Source: Desulfobulbus propionicus DSM 2032 (GTDB taxonomy: Bacteria > Desulfobacterota > Desulfobulbia > Desulfobulbales > Desulfobulbaceae). Taken from it: 32,000 bases of DNA. The DNA is taken from NCBI RefSeq assembly GCF_000186885.1, contig NC_014972.1, forward strand, positions 810,001 through 842,000, read 5' to 3'. This document shows positions 9,395 through 17,805 of this stretch, in pieces (the first letter of the stretch is position 1; every line of letters starts with the position of its first letter). The position numbers and the translations under genes are program-made. The notes beneath the pieces are model-generated. The model had not been told where the DNA came from and made no database searches. It was given only the letters and a program-made list of their open reading frames with translations.

Positions 9395-10072
9395 TTAATC
9401 AAAGACAATGCCGGGGCCTTCATCGGCAAAACTTGGTCGTTGCTCCCGTGAATAGGGAATCCGGCCACGGTCCTCAAGCAATATCTCGAACTGGCGCAAT
9501 TCGGCTTCGGTGGTGATGGCATCGAGGCCGAGCTGTTCATAGCGGCAATCGCAATGGATCAGCTGGCCGCCGCACCAGGGGCAGAGCTCCACCGGGCAGC
9601 CCAGTTCGTGATATTCGCCGGCGGTGGTGTGGCAGGCTGGACAGATATCTTCATCGAGCTGCAGCGGTTCATAGATGGGCAGGGCTTCAGCGGTGGCCGC
9701 GCAGACCGCCTCGAAAGCGGCGGCGTCGTCGTATCCGAAAAAATCAAGAAGCTCACGGGCGAGAAATCCGTCATTCATGCTGCCTTGAAATTCAATACCC
9801 TCGCTGGAGACCAGGTACAGGTACCGTTGTTCGGCGGTAATGGCCGCCAAAAGAAAGATGCCCTGGTGGCGGTTGACCAGTCGTACCTCGCGGACCCACT
9901 CCTCCCGGGCTTCGGGCAGGTAACTATAGAATTCCAGCAGTAGGCTGAGGCCAATACGGTCCTCGCGGTAGATGTCGAGCAGATCCTCCGCCTCCGCCCG
10001 GTCAGCCTCGGGAACGGCGTAGTCCATGGCGATGAGGATGGCTTTTCGTTGTTGGTGCAGATCGTTGAGCAT
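9395..10072 (-). CDS. acidic hypothetical protein with C-terminal Cys-rich (zinc-ribbon-like) motif
   Basis: The ORF has coding-like composition and contains CPACH-x10-GCPVELCPWCGGQLIHCDC. I recognise no family. The start is uncertain: ATG at 10072 is chosen, and neither it nor the GTG at 10180 has a Shine-Dalgarno. Confidence 0.5.
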   Translation of the reverse strand: MLNDLHQQRKAILIAMDYAVPEADRAEAEDLLDIYREDRIGLSLLLEFYSYLPEAREEWVREVRLVNRHQGIFLLAAITAEQRYLYLVSSEGIEFQGSMNDGFLARELLDFFGYDDAAAFEAVCAATAEALPIYEPLQLDEDICPACHTTAGEYHELGCPVELCPWCGGQLIHCDCRYEQLGLDAITTEAELRQFEILLEDRGRIPYSREQRPSFADEGPGIVFD

Positions 10073-10381
10073 TGTCTGTTGGTGAGAGGGAAGTGGGGTT
10101 GGTGGATATCCGAAGACGACTCGCGTACGAGCCCGCGGACGGTTGAATTTCAGGGGTAAATACGATAAGGTGGCCACCACGGTCCGTGGGGGGAGGAGTA
10201 GCGGTTCGGGGTTTCCTTGAATTGTCCGCCAAGTCGGTATCGCTCCGTCCGCATTCTACTCAAACCGCACCGGCTATGCATCTTTTTTGCCGCTTTGCCG
10301 TTCTTGCCGAGGCCTGGACGCCCCGCAGTCACCACCTCTTCCCTGAGATCGACGACCACCCTGTGCAGGAGGAAAATTTTC

Positions 10382-11683
10382 ATGTCTGAGAACAACAATG
10401 GCCGGACCGCGGAATTGATCATCGACGGCAATCGATTCGAGCTGCCTCTCATCGAGGGGGTTGAAGGCGACAAGGCCATCGACATCCGCGATTTGTTGCG
10501 CGACACTGGCTATACCGTCTTTGATACCGGCTACAAGAATTCGGCCTCGTGCAGTAGTACCATCACCTTTCTCGACGGCAAGAAGGGCATTCTCCGATAT
10601 CGGGGCTATGCCATTGAGGACCTGGCGGAAAAGTGCCTGTTCATCGAGGTCGCCTACCTGCTGCTGCACAACAAATTGCCCAATCGCGAGGAGTTGGAAA
10701 GTTTTCGTACCCTTTTGGAACAGCATGCGCTGATCCATGAGGACATGATCCACTTCTTTGACAAATTTCCGCCCAACGCCTCGCCGATGTCGATTCTATC
10801 GGTCATGGTCAACAGTCTCCACAACTTTTATCCGGAGATGAGCGCCGATCCGCTGGAAAATATCGATATGACCGCCAGCCGGCTCATTTCCAAGATCCGA
10901 ACCATCGCGGCCTTTTCCTACAAGAAATCCATCGGGCAGCCGCTGGTCTATCCAAGAAATGATCTTTCGTACTGCGGCAATTTCCTCAACATGATGTTCA
11001 ATACGCCGGTCAGGCCGTATATCGTGCTGCCCGAGGTGGTGGCTGCCCTGAACAAACTGCTCATCCTCCATGCCGATCACGAGCAGAATTGCTCGACTTC
11101 GGCGGTGCGGCTGGTGGGCAGTTCCGGCGGCAACCTCTACGCATCCATTTCGGCCGGAATCAACGCTCTTTGGGGCCCACTGCACGGCGGGGCCAACGAG
11201 GCGGTGATCCAGATGCTGGAAGCCATCCATAAAGATAACAACGATTATAAAAAATACATCGCCAAGGCCAAGGACAAGAACGATCCGTTCCGGCTTTCCG
11301 GCTTTGGCCATCGGGTCTATCGGACCTTTGACCCGCGCGGCAAGATCATCAAGGATGCGTGTGACGGCATTCTGTCGGTGCTGAACGTCCAGGACCCGTT
11401 GCTGGACATTGCCCGCAATCTGGAGGAGATCGTGCTGAACGACGACTACTTTGTCAGCCGCAACCTCTATCCCAACATCGATTTTTATTCAGGCATTATC
11501 TACCGGGCCCTCGGTATCCCCACCAATATGTTCACTGTCATGTTCGCGCTCGGCAGGCTTCCTGGCTGGATTGCCCAGTGGCGTGAAATGCGGGAGGACA
11601 AGGAAACAAAAATTTACCGGCCGCGCCAGATTTACATTGGTTTTCCGGCGCGTAAATTCGTTTCCTTGGCCGAGCGAAGCTGA
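10382..11683 (+). CDS. gltA: citrate synthase
   Basis: ATG at 10382 follows CAGGAGGAAAA. The 433-aa product contains LILHADHEQNCSTS, GPLHGGANE and SGFGHRVY, the citrate synthase signatures. Confidence 0.92.
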   Translation: MSENNNGRTAELIIDGNRFELPLIEGVEGDKAIDIRDLLRDTGYTVFDTGYKNSASCSSTITFLDGKKGILRYRGYAIEDLAEKCLFIEVAYLLLHNKLPNREELESFRTLLEQHALIHEDMIHFFDKFPPNASPMSILSVMVNSLHNFYPEMSADPLENIDMTASRLISKIRTIAAFSYKKSIGQPLVYPRNDLSYCGNFLNMMFNTPVRPYIVLPEVVAALNKLLILHADHEQNCSTSAVRLVGSSGGNLYASISAGINALWGPLHGGANEAVIQMLEAIHKDNNDYKKYIAKAKDKNDPFRLSGFGHRVYRTFDPRGKIIKDACDGILSVLNVQDPLLDIARNLEEIVLNDDYFVSRNLYPNIDFYSGIIYRALGIPTNMFTVMFALGRLPGWIAQWREMREDKETKIYRPRQIYIGFPARKFVSLAERS

Positions 11684-11744
11684 GTCGAAGGGGGGCCTGC
11701 ACCGGTACCCTCGCAGGCAGGGGTGATCGGAATTCGTCCGGCGC

Positions 11745-13175
11745 TCAATAGGTGATCCGGACCCGATAGGTGAGGGCTGTCTTCCCCTTGGGTGGAACGG
11801 TCACCTGCCAGGAGGCGGTGTTGGCCGATTCCTTGCGATGCGGCAGGGATTCGTCGAGGATCCGCCAATCACCGGGCATCGGTTCCCGGACCTTGACCGT
11901 GACCTGTTCGTCTTTCGCGTTGTTGAGTTGGAGGCTGTAGGCGCTTTCAAAGGCGTAATTGTAGCGGCCGCCGCCTTCGATTTTTTTGAAATCGGTCTGC
12001 CGCTTATCGGCGGTCACATCAAAGGCGTCGCCAAGATGCAGGCGCAAGGTTTCCTTTTCCGGCGTGTGATCCACCTTGTCCTCACCGACAAACTGGAGAA
12101 AGCCGCTGCCGTCTTTTTTGTACACGCGGACAATTCCTCCGGGAATGGGCATGCCCAGTCCGGATGCCGTGTCGTTGATGAGTTCGATAAACACACCCAC
12201 CTTCATTTTGCGGCCAATTTCTCCTGCCTGTGCCGTGTAGTAATAGTCATGTCCCGCGAGCAGGTATTCCTTGCGGCACGCAACCCCGTCTGCCTGCAAG
12301 AGGGCCACCTGTTTTTTCTGTTTTTCGCCAATATCGGTCGGGCGATCAAGCGAGTAGAGATGATAGTCAAAGAGCGCCTCTTCCGTCATGGCTTGGGGGG
12401 CGGGCGCCATGGCCATGGGTAGGGCGTCCTTGGTCATGGCCCGGGCTTCGATGTCTCGCTGGACCACGTTGACGTCGCCAGCCACGAGCTGCAACCGAGC
12501 GCGGGGATAGCGTGCCCCGCTTTCGTTGGTCAAGGTGACCCAGCCGGAGAGATTGAGTTGGCTGTCCGCCGCATTCAATTCGGCCACATAGTCCGCCTGC
12601 CAGGAAAGACCGCCAGTGAGATAGGAGAGCTCCGCCTCCCTCTCCCCTGGTGTGGTGCTGTCCACCAGCATGGTCAAGGTCGGACGATCGCGCAAGTTGG
12701 CGGGAACATCCGGATAGACCAACCTGCCGACAGCCTCTGTTTCGATGCGATCACCAACCTGCAGCACCACGCCATCCCCGGCACTCAACACCTTGGCCGG
12801 CACCATCTGGTCTTCGCCGGTGGCGGGGTGTCGCTTGACCAAGGAGACTTCGCGTCCCACATATTTATGTAGCAGGGAGTGGGGCGTCAAAAGATCGTAC
12901 TCGAAATTCTGCTCAAGAATGCGGAGGTCGCCGCTGTGGAGCAAGACGGTTTCCGGTTTGATCCGTGCGCTGACCTCGCGGAAGGCGAGGGTGTGGACCC
13001 CCTGGGGGATCACCACGTGTCGACGGTCCTTCACCAAGGCAAGATTTTTATTGTAGATGGTCACGCTGACGGCCTGCTGGTCTTGGGCGGATACCGTGAT
13101 TTCAGGCGCGGCCAGGGCCAGCCCTTGACTGGCGCAGAGCAACAGGGTGGCAACAGAAAAAACGAGATGCTTCAT
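11745..13175 (-). CDS. secreted DUF4139/DUF4140 (MuiA-like) family protein
   Basis: ATG at 13175 has GGAGAA 5-6 nt upstream. The signal peptide is MKHLVFSVATLLLCASQGLALA. The N-terminal VSVTIYNKNLALVKDRR...LAFREV pattern and the protein length fit the DUF4140/DUF4139 family. Confidence 0.7.
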   Translation of the reverse strand: MKHLVFSVATLLLCASQGLALAAPEITVSAQDQQAVSVTIYNKNLALVKDRRHVVIPQGVHTLAFREVSARIKPETVLLHSGDLRILEQNFEYDLLTPHSLLHKYVGREVSLVKRHPATGEDQMVPAKVLSAGDGVVLQVGDRIETEAVGRLVYPDVPANLRDRPTLTMLVDSTTPGEREAELSYLTGGLSWQADYVAELNAADSQLNLSGWVTLTNESGARYPRARLQLVAGDVNVVQRDIEARAMTKDALPMAMAPAPQAMTEEALFDYHLYSLDRPTDIGEKQKKQVALLQADGVACRKEYLLAGHDYYYTAQAGEIGRKMKVGVFIELINDTASGLGMPIPGGIVRVYKKDGSGFLQFVGEDKVDHTPEKETLRLHLGDAFDVTADKRQTDFKKIEGGGRYNYAFESAYSLQLNNAKDEQVTVKVREPMPGDWRILDESLPHRKESANTASWQVTVPPKGKTALTYRVRITY

Positions 13176-13253
13176 CGGATTCTCCACGGCAGGATAGAAA
13201 AGGGAACGGACCTCGCCGACGATAGCATGTTCCGGTCCAAAAGAACACGATGT

Positions 13254-13640
13254 TTAGCTTTCGGCGACGGTATTGCGGCTGATGAAGTCGTTGAGTTGGC
13301 TTTGTTGTTTGTTGGACAGAGGTCCGAACTGCATGCACAGTCGTTTGACCCGCAGGGTGCTGAACATGGAATTGGGCAGGGTCTGTACTTCATTGACCAG
13401 GGAAACGGGGACGTTGGGCAGGTAAAAACGGGATTGCGCCTGGAAAATATCGAGATGGCGCGGCAGGGGTATATCGTATTCAAAGGCGACAAGATGGACG
13501 GCGAGTCCCCCGAGACCGACATCGACAATGGTGCCGGTGTCCATGCCGAAAAACACCAAGGTGTCGTTCTTGATGCGGTATCGTTTGTGCTGGCGTCGTT
13601 CTCTGGCGACGGGAGTGTCCGCCTTCATCGCCTGTTCCAT
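13254..13640 (-). CDS. PilZ domain protein (putative c-di-GMP receptor)
   Basis: RRQHKR (RxxxR) and DVGLGG (a D-x-S/G-x-x-G-like motif) occur at the spacing expected for PilZ. The start is ambiguous among ATG 13640, 13676 and 13697, and none has a clear Shine-Dalgarno. Confidence 0.65.
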   Translation of the reverse strand: MEQAMKADTPVARERRQHKRYRIKNDTLVFFGMDTGTIVDVGLGGLAVHLVAFEYDIPLPRHLDIFQAQSRFYLPNVPVSLVNEVQTLPNSMFSTLRVKRLCMQFGPLSNKQQSQLNDFISRNTVAES

Positions 13641-13659
13641 CGGTGCTCTGCCACGGAGG

Positions 13660-13782
13660 TCACGGGGTACAGGCATTGAATTGTTGACAGTATTCACGCA
13701 CCAGTTGCCAACGCTGCGGCGGGCGGAGGCGAAAATAGATGGGGCTGAGCATCAGGATACGGATTGCTTCGCGCGGCTTCAT
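13660..13782 (-). CDS. candidate 40-codon small ORF upstream of or overlapping pilZ
   Basis: ATG at 13782 is preceded by a near-perfect Shine-Dalgarno (GCAAGGAGGTAGGACC-ATG). The product is MKPREAIRILMLSPIYFRLRPPQRWQLVREYCQQFNACTP and the TGA stop is at 13660-13662. I recognise no family. Confidence 0.4.
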   Translation of the reverse strand: MKPREAIRILMLSPIYFRLRPPQRWQLVREYCQQFNACTP

Positions 13783-13816
13783 GGTCCTACCTCCTTGCGG
13801 GTCGTTGTTTTTTGGT

Positions 13817-13835
13817 ATGCAAAAAACGATCCTAT
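13817..13835 (-). promoter_or_regulatory. sigma-54-like -24/-12 promoter candidate
   Basis: The minus strand reads ATAGGATCGTTTTTTGCAT. It has GG and GC at the canonical 12-nt register, and the TTGCAT -12 box lies ~35 nt upstream of the small-ORF ATG. Confidence 0.35.
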
Positions 13836-14040
13836 CAAGGAACTTGTTGAATTGTAAGCGAAAAAGCTGAGGGGGAAATGATGGCTGCCCGGTGTCGTAC
13901 ATTTGACGGCCCGAATGTTTCGAAAAAGCGAAAAACCAAGGTTCTTTTTCCGTATTCGTGAACCAAGGTGGCGTTGGTCCCGCCCTGCACGCATGCGATG
14001 TCTATACTGCATCGTTGCGGAAAAAGAAAAGAAAAAAAGG

Positions 14041-16725
14041 TTACTCGTCCTTGTCGAGGCTCGTGCCGTGGCGCAGTTGCACCACCAGCGGTACCCGGAG
14101 GGGCATGGCCGATTCCATGGAGTCCTTCAGCAGGCGAGAGACGGGATCCAGCTCGGTTTCCGGCACCTCGAGGACCAATTCATCATGAATTTGCAGCAAC
14201 ATGCGGGCGCGGAAATCGCGTCGCAGCAGTTCACGATGTATCCGCAGCATGGCCAGTTTAATAATGTCGGCGGCCGTGCCTTGAATAGGGGTGTTGATGG
14301 CGGTCCGTTCGGCGAACTCGCGCTGCACGCGATTGGCGCTGTTGATCTCGGCGAGCGGGCGGCGGCGACCGAGCAGGGTGGTGACGAAGCCATCCTTTTT
14401 AGCTTGTTGGATCGTTGACGCCATGAAATCCTTTATTCCGGAAAAATGGGCGAAATAACGATCGATAAAGAGCTGGGCATCCTTGCGACTGACGTGCAGC
14501 TGACTGGACAGACCAAAGCTGGACATGCCGTAAACAATGCCGAAATTGATGGTTTTGGCCACTCGCCGCATCTCGGCGGTGACCAGCTCGGGGGAGACGT
14601 TGAAGATCTCTGCCGCCGTGCGCCGATGAATGTCTTGACCACCTTGAAAGGCGGCGATCAATTCGCGATCCTGGGAGTAATGGGCCAACACGCGCAGATC
14701 AATCTGCGAATAATCTGCGGCCAGCAACAGGCAGCCGTCGGCGGCGATAAAGGCCGACCGGATGCGGCGTCCCTCCTCGGTGCGGATGGGAATATTCTGC
14801 AGATTGGGGCTGCTCGAACTGAGGCGTCCTGTGGCGGTGCCACACTGATTGAACGAGGTATGGACCCGGCCGGTGCGAGGATTGCGCAGGCTCGCCAGTT
14901 TGTCGACATAGGTCGATTTGAGTTTGGCCAGATTGCGATACTGAAGGATCAATGCCGGCAGTTCATGGTCGAAACTGAGGTTTTCCAGGACCTTGACGTC
15001 GGTGGACCAGCCGGTTTTGGTTTTGCGTCCCTTGGGGAGTTGCAATTTCTCGAACAGGACTTCGCCCAACTGCTTGGGGGAGTTGATGTTGAAGGACATG
15101 CCGGCGGCCTGGTAAATGGACAGTTCATCGGTGCGCAGGCGGCGGTCGAATTCGGCTGAGAGGCGGGCGAGTTTATCCGCATCGACCCGGATCCCTTCTC
15201 GCTCCATGGCGGCCAGCACGGGGACCAGCGGCCCTTCGACCTCCCGAAGCAGCGCCAGCAGATCGGCCCGTTCCAGTTGCGGCAGCTGCTCCTGGTACAA
15301 CCGCAGTGCCCCATATACGTCCTCGCAGCTATAGTTCTTGGCGGCCTCCAAGGGAACTCGACAAAAGGCGTCCTCGCTTTTATCGGCATGGGTGACTTCC
15401 TCGTAACTGGTCATCCGTAGGTTAATCTCACCGCAAAGATCGTCGAGTTTGTAGGTTCGCCGGTCCGGAGCCAGCAGCCAGGCACCGATCATGGTGTCGT
15501 GGAGCGGACAGGCCAGCTGTATGCCGCCATTGCAGGGGGCGGACAGGACAGCCAGATCGAATTTCAGATTGTGGCCGATTTTGGTGGTCCCGGGATGTTC
15601 GAGCACCGGGCGGAGAAATTCGATGAGCCGGTCAAGGGGGAGTTGGCCCGCAACCAGTTCACCCGCCTCGTCGCGATGGCCGCAGGGAAGGTACCAGGCC
15701 TCCCCGTCCTCGGTGCAAAGCGATACCCCCACAAGCCGGGCTTTGAGAGGATCCAGGGAGTCGGTTTCTGTGTCGACAGCCACCAGGGATGCCCCGGCAA
15801 GGCGTTCAGCGAGTGCCGCCAACTGTTCTTGGTGCCGAACCAAATGAAAACGGGAAGTATCGATGCGGGCCGGTCTGGTCTCTTCCTTGAGCAGGGAGTG
15901 AAATTCCAGTTCCAGCAGCAAGGCCCGCAGTGCCTCGATGTCGGGCTCGGGCAAGCGGTACTGTTCAAGATCGCCAGGGGTTTCGGCGGAGGTGTTGAGC
16001 CGCACCAGTTCCCGCGACAGAAAGGCCGCGTCTCGATTGTCGCGGATTTGCTGGATGATTTTGGAAGGTTTCAGGCTGGCAACAACCGCATACAATCCTT
16101 CCAGGCTTCGATGCTCGGCAATCAGTTTTTGTGCCGATTTAGGGCCGACGCCGGGTACGCCGGGTATGTTATCCGAACTGTCTCCGGTCAGGGCGAAGTA
16201 ATCGAGCAGCAAGGACGGAGGCAGTCCGTACTTTTCCTCCACCGCGGCTTCATCCATTACTCGATCGTTCATCGGATCCCACAGGGTGATGCCCGGCGAT
16301 ACCAGTTGGAGCAGATCCTTGTCGCCGGAAACGATCACCACCCGATACCCCTGTCCGGCCATCTTCTTTGCGACCGAGGCGATCAGATCATCAGCCTCCT
16401 GATCCTCGTGTTCCAGGTTGAGAATGCGATAGGCCGCGACCATTTTGCGGATGTAGGGGATCTGCGGGATCAGATCCTCGGGCATCGGCGGTCGATTGGC
16501 TTTGTATTGGCCGTAGAGCCGGTGGCGGAAGACCGGTCCCTTGGTATCAAAGGCGACCGCTAGATAGCGGGGATTGCGTTCTTTGATCAGGCGGCGGAGG
16601 ATGGCGGTGAAGCCGAAAATAGCGTGCGTCGGCAGGCCATGCGAATTGGAGAGCGGTTTGATGGCATGATAGGCGCGATAAATATAGGCGCTGCCATCGA
16701 TCAGGTACAGTTCAGGGGTGGTCAT
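14041..16725 (-). CDS. polA: DNA polymerase I
   Basis: The 894-aa product has a 5'-3' exonuclease N-terminus (LIDGSAYIYRAYHA), a 3'-5' exonuclease domain and polymerase motifs A (DYSQIDLRVLAH), B (RRRPLAEI...INTPIQGTAADI) and C (QIHDELVLE). Confidence 0.97.
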   Translation of the reverse strand: MTTPELYLIDGSAYIYRAYHAIKPLSNSHGLPTHAIFGFTAILRRLIKERNPRYLAVAFDTKGPVFRHRLYGQYKANRPPMPEDLIPQIPYIRKMVAAYRILNLEHEDQEADDLIASVAKKMAGQGYRVVIVSGDKDLLQLVSPGITLWDPMNDRVMDEAAVEEKYGLPPSLLLDYFALTGDSSDNIPGVPGVGPKSAQKLIAEHRSLEGLYAVVASLKPSKIIQQIRDNRDAAFLSRELVRLNTSAETPGDLEQYRLPEPDIEALRALLLELEFHSLLKEETRPARIDTSRFHLVRHQEQLAALAERLAGASLVAVDTETDSLDPLKARLVGVSLCTEDGEAWYLPCGHRDEAGELVAGQLPLDRLIEFLRPVLEHPGTTKIGHNLKFDLAVLSAPCNGGIQLACPLHDTMIGAWLLAPDRRTYKLDDLCGEINLRMTSYEEVTHADKSEDAFCRVPLEAAKNYSCEDVYGALRLYQEQLPQLERADLLALLREVEGPLVPVLAAMEREGIRVDADKLARLSAEFDRRLRTDELSIYQAAGMSFNINSPKQLGEVLFEKLQLPKGRKTKTGWSTDVKVLENLSFDHELPALILQYRNLAKLKSTYVDKLASLRNPRTGRVHTSFNQCGTATGRLSSSSPNLQNIPIRTEEGRRIRSAFIAADGCLLLAADYSQIDLRVLAHYSQDRELIAAFQGGQDIHRRTAAEIFNVSPELVTAEMRRVAKTINFGIVYGMSSFGLSSQLHVSRKDAQLFIDRYFAHFSGIKDFMASTIQQAKKDGFVTTLLGRRRPLAEINSANRVQREFAERTAINTPIQGTAADIIKLAMLRIHRELLRRDFRARMLLQIHDELVLEVPETELDPVSRLLKDSMESAMPLRVPLVVQLRHGTSLDKDE

Positions 16726-16898
16726 TAGCTCTCTGGGATGAGGAATGGGACAGGAAAAGACGCCTCAGGCCGGGCCCTCAGCTCGGAAAATAACGGTTCA
16801 ATCCGCACGCGGCCAACCCGTGCTGTGTATGTACACGGCAAACCGTCCGGAGACCAAGAATTTTTTCCCCTTTTCCTCTGCTCGACCTACACATGATC

Positions 16899-16926
16899 GA
16901 AAAAAAACCCGCCTGTAAGGCGGGTA
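16899..16926 (-). terminator. rho-independent terminator of the HPF-CSD gene
   Basis: The minus strand reads ACCCGCC-TTACA-GGCGGGT followed by TTTTTTTT (A-run 16900-16907 on the plus strand). It lies 58 nt downstream of the stop. Confidence 0.8.
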
Positions 16927-16983
16927 GCTCGAGAACGAATACTTGCGGCTGCGTGCCTGCAAGCAACTATGCGGAATGGATTG

Positions 16984-17526
16984 CTAGGCTTGCCCTACTC
17001 GCACCCAGGTGGCCTGCAAGCCCTTGTCGCCTTCTTCCATGGCGAACAGCACTTCGTCGCCCTCGGCGAGGTCGTTAATGGTGACATCCTTGAGGGCATT
17101 GGCATGAAAGAACACATCGAGCTTGTCATCGGTGACGATGAACCCGTACGCTTCATCCGGAACCAGTTTGCGGATGATCCCCAAGGCGTTGTTGTCAACC
17201 GTGGCACCCGGGAGTTTAGCGCTCTTGTGATTTTGCTTTTTCTTGACGATTTCTTTCAACTGTGCGCCCAGAACGTCAAAGGCTTCGGTCAGCAGGCTGC
17301 GAACACTTTCGCCCCATCGCTTGACCGCCACGGTATCGTTGGGCACGGAGGCTACCAGGCGGACCTCGTATCCCCCTTCTTTGTAGCCTGGGGTGGCTTC
17401 GATGGTCACGCGCAGGTGGAGAACGAAATTGGCATAATGTCGAATGAGCTTATTGCGTTCTTCCTCTATTTTTTCCTGCCAGCTCTTGCGGATATCAAGA
17501 TTTTTAGCTTCGATTTTCAGTTCCAT
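16984..17526 (-). CDS. HPF/RaiA (ribosomal S30AE)-like domain fused to a cold-shock domain
   Basis: ATG at 17526 has GGAGGA 5 nt upstream. The N-terminal ~100 aa (MELKIEAKNLDI...VLHLRVTIEA...YEVRLVASVP...AFDVLGAQLKE) resemble HPF/RaiA. The C-terminal ~65 aa (GIIRKLVPDEAYGFIVTDD-KLDVFFHANAL...GDEVLFAMEEGDKGLQA) resemble a CspA-type cold-shock domain with RNP1/RNP2-like YGFI and VFFH. Confidence 0.7.
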   Translation of the reverse strand: MELKIEAKNLDIRKSWQEKIEEERNKLIRHYANFVLHLRVTIEATPGYKEGGYEVRLVASVPNDTVAVKRWGESVRSLLTEAFDVLGAQLKEIVKKKQNHKSAKLPGATVDNNALGIIRKLVPDEAYGFIVTDDKLDVFFHANALKDVTINDLAEGDEVLFAMEEGDKGLQATWVRVGQA

Positions 17527-17720
17527 AGACATCCTCCACTGAGAACGGCGGCAGCGACCCCATGCCGCTGCCATGAGGTCATTCCTCGGCATCCAGGATT
17601 CAGGGTCGCGGGTTTCTTCGTTCCCTGCACCTCCCGCACATGAGTATTATCGGGTTGGGAGGTATGCGAACCGCACACAAAGGGGCTGATAAGAGCAGGA
17701 TACCGATTGACCATGAATCA

Positions 17721-17750
17721 ACTATAGACATTGCCAAGGCCGGAAATCAA
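17721..17750 (-). promoter_or_regulatory. sigma-70-type promoter candidate for the HPF-CSD gene
   Basis: The minus strand has TTGATT (17750-17745), an 18-nt spacer, then TATAGT (17726-17721). This implies a ~190-nt 5' UTR. Confidence 0.4.
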
Positions 17751-17769
17751 GAGAAAGAACGACATTTTC

Positions 17770-17799
17770 TTGACGGGACCGTAGAGGGGCCGGTAGAGT
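17770..17799 (+). promoter_or_regulatory. sigma-70-type promoter candidate for hemH
   Basis: TTGACG (17770-17775), an 18-nt spacer, then TAGAGT (17794-17799). Only 6 nt separate the -10 box from the hemH ATG at 17806. Confidence 0.35.
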
Positions 17800-17805
17800 A
17801 ACGGT

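Noticed and set aside
10217-10381. The N-terminal extension of citrate synthase to 488 aa.
   Set aside because: The conserved citrate synthase sequence begins at MSENNNGRTAELIIDG (ATG 10382), which has a strong GGAGGA Shine-Dalgarno. The extension is Arg/Pro-rich and not conserved-looking.
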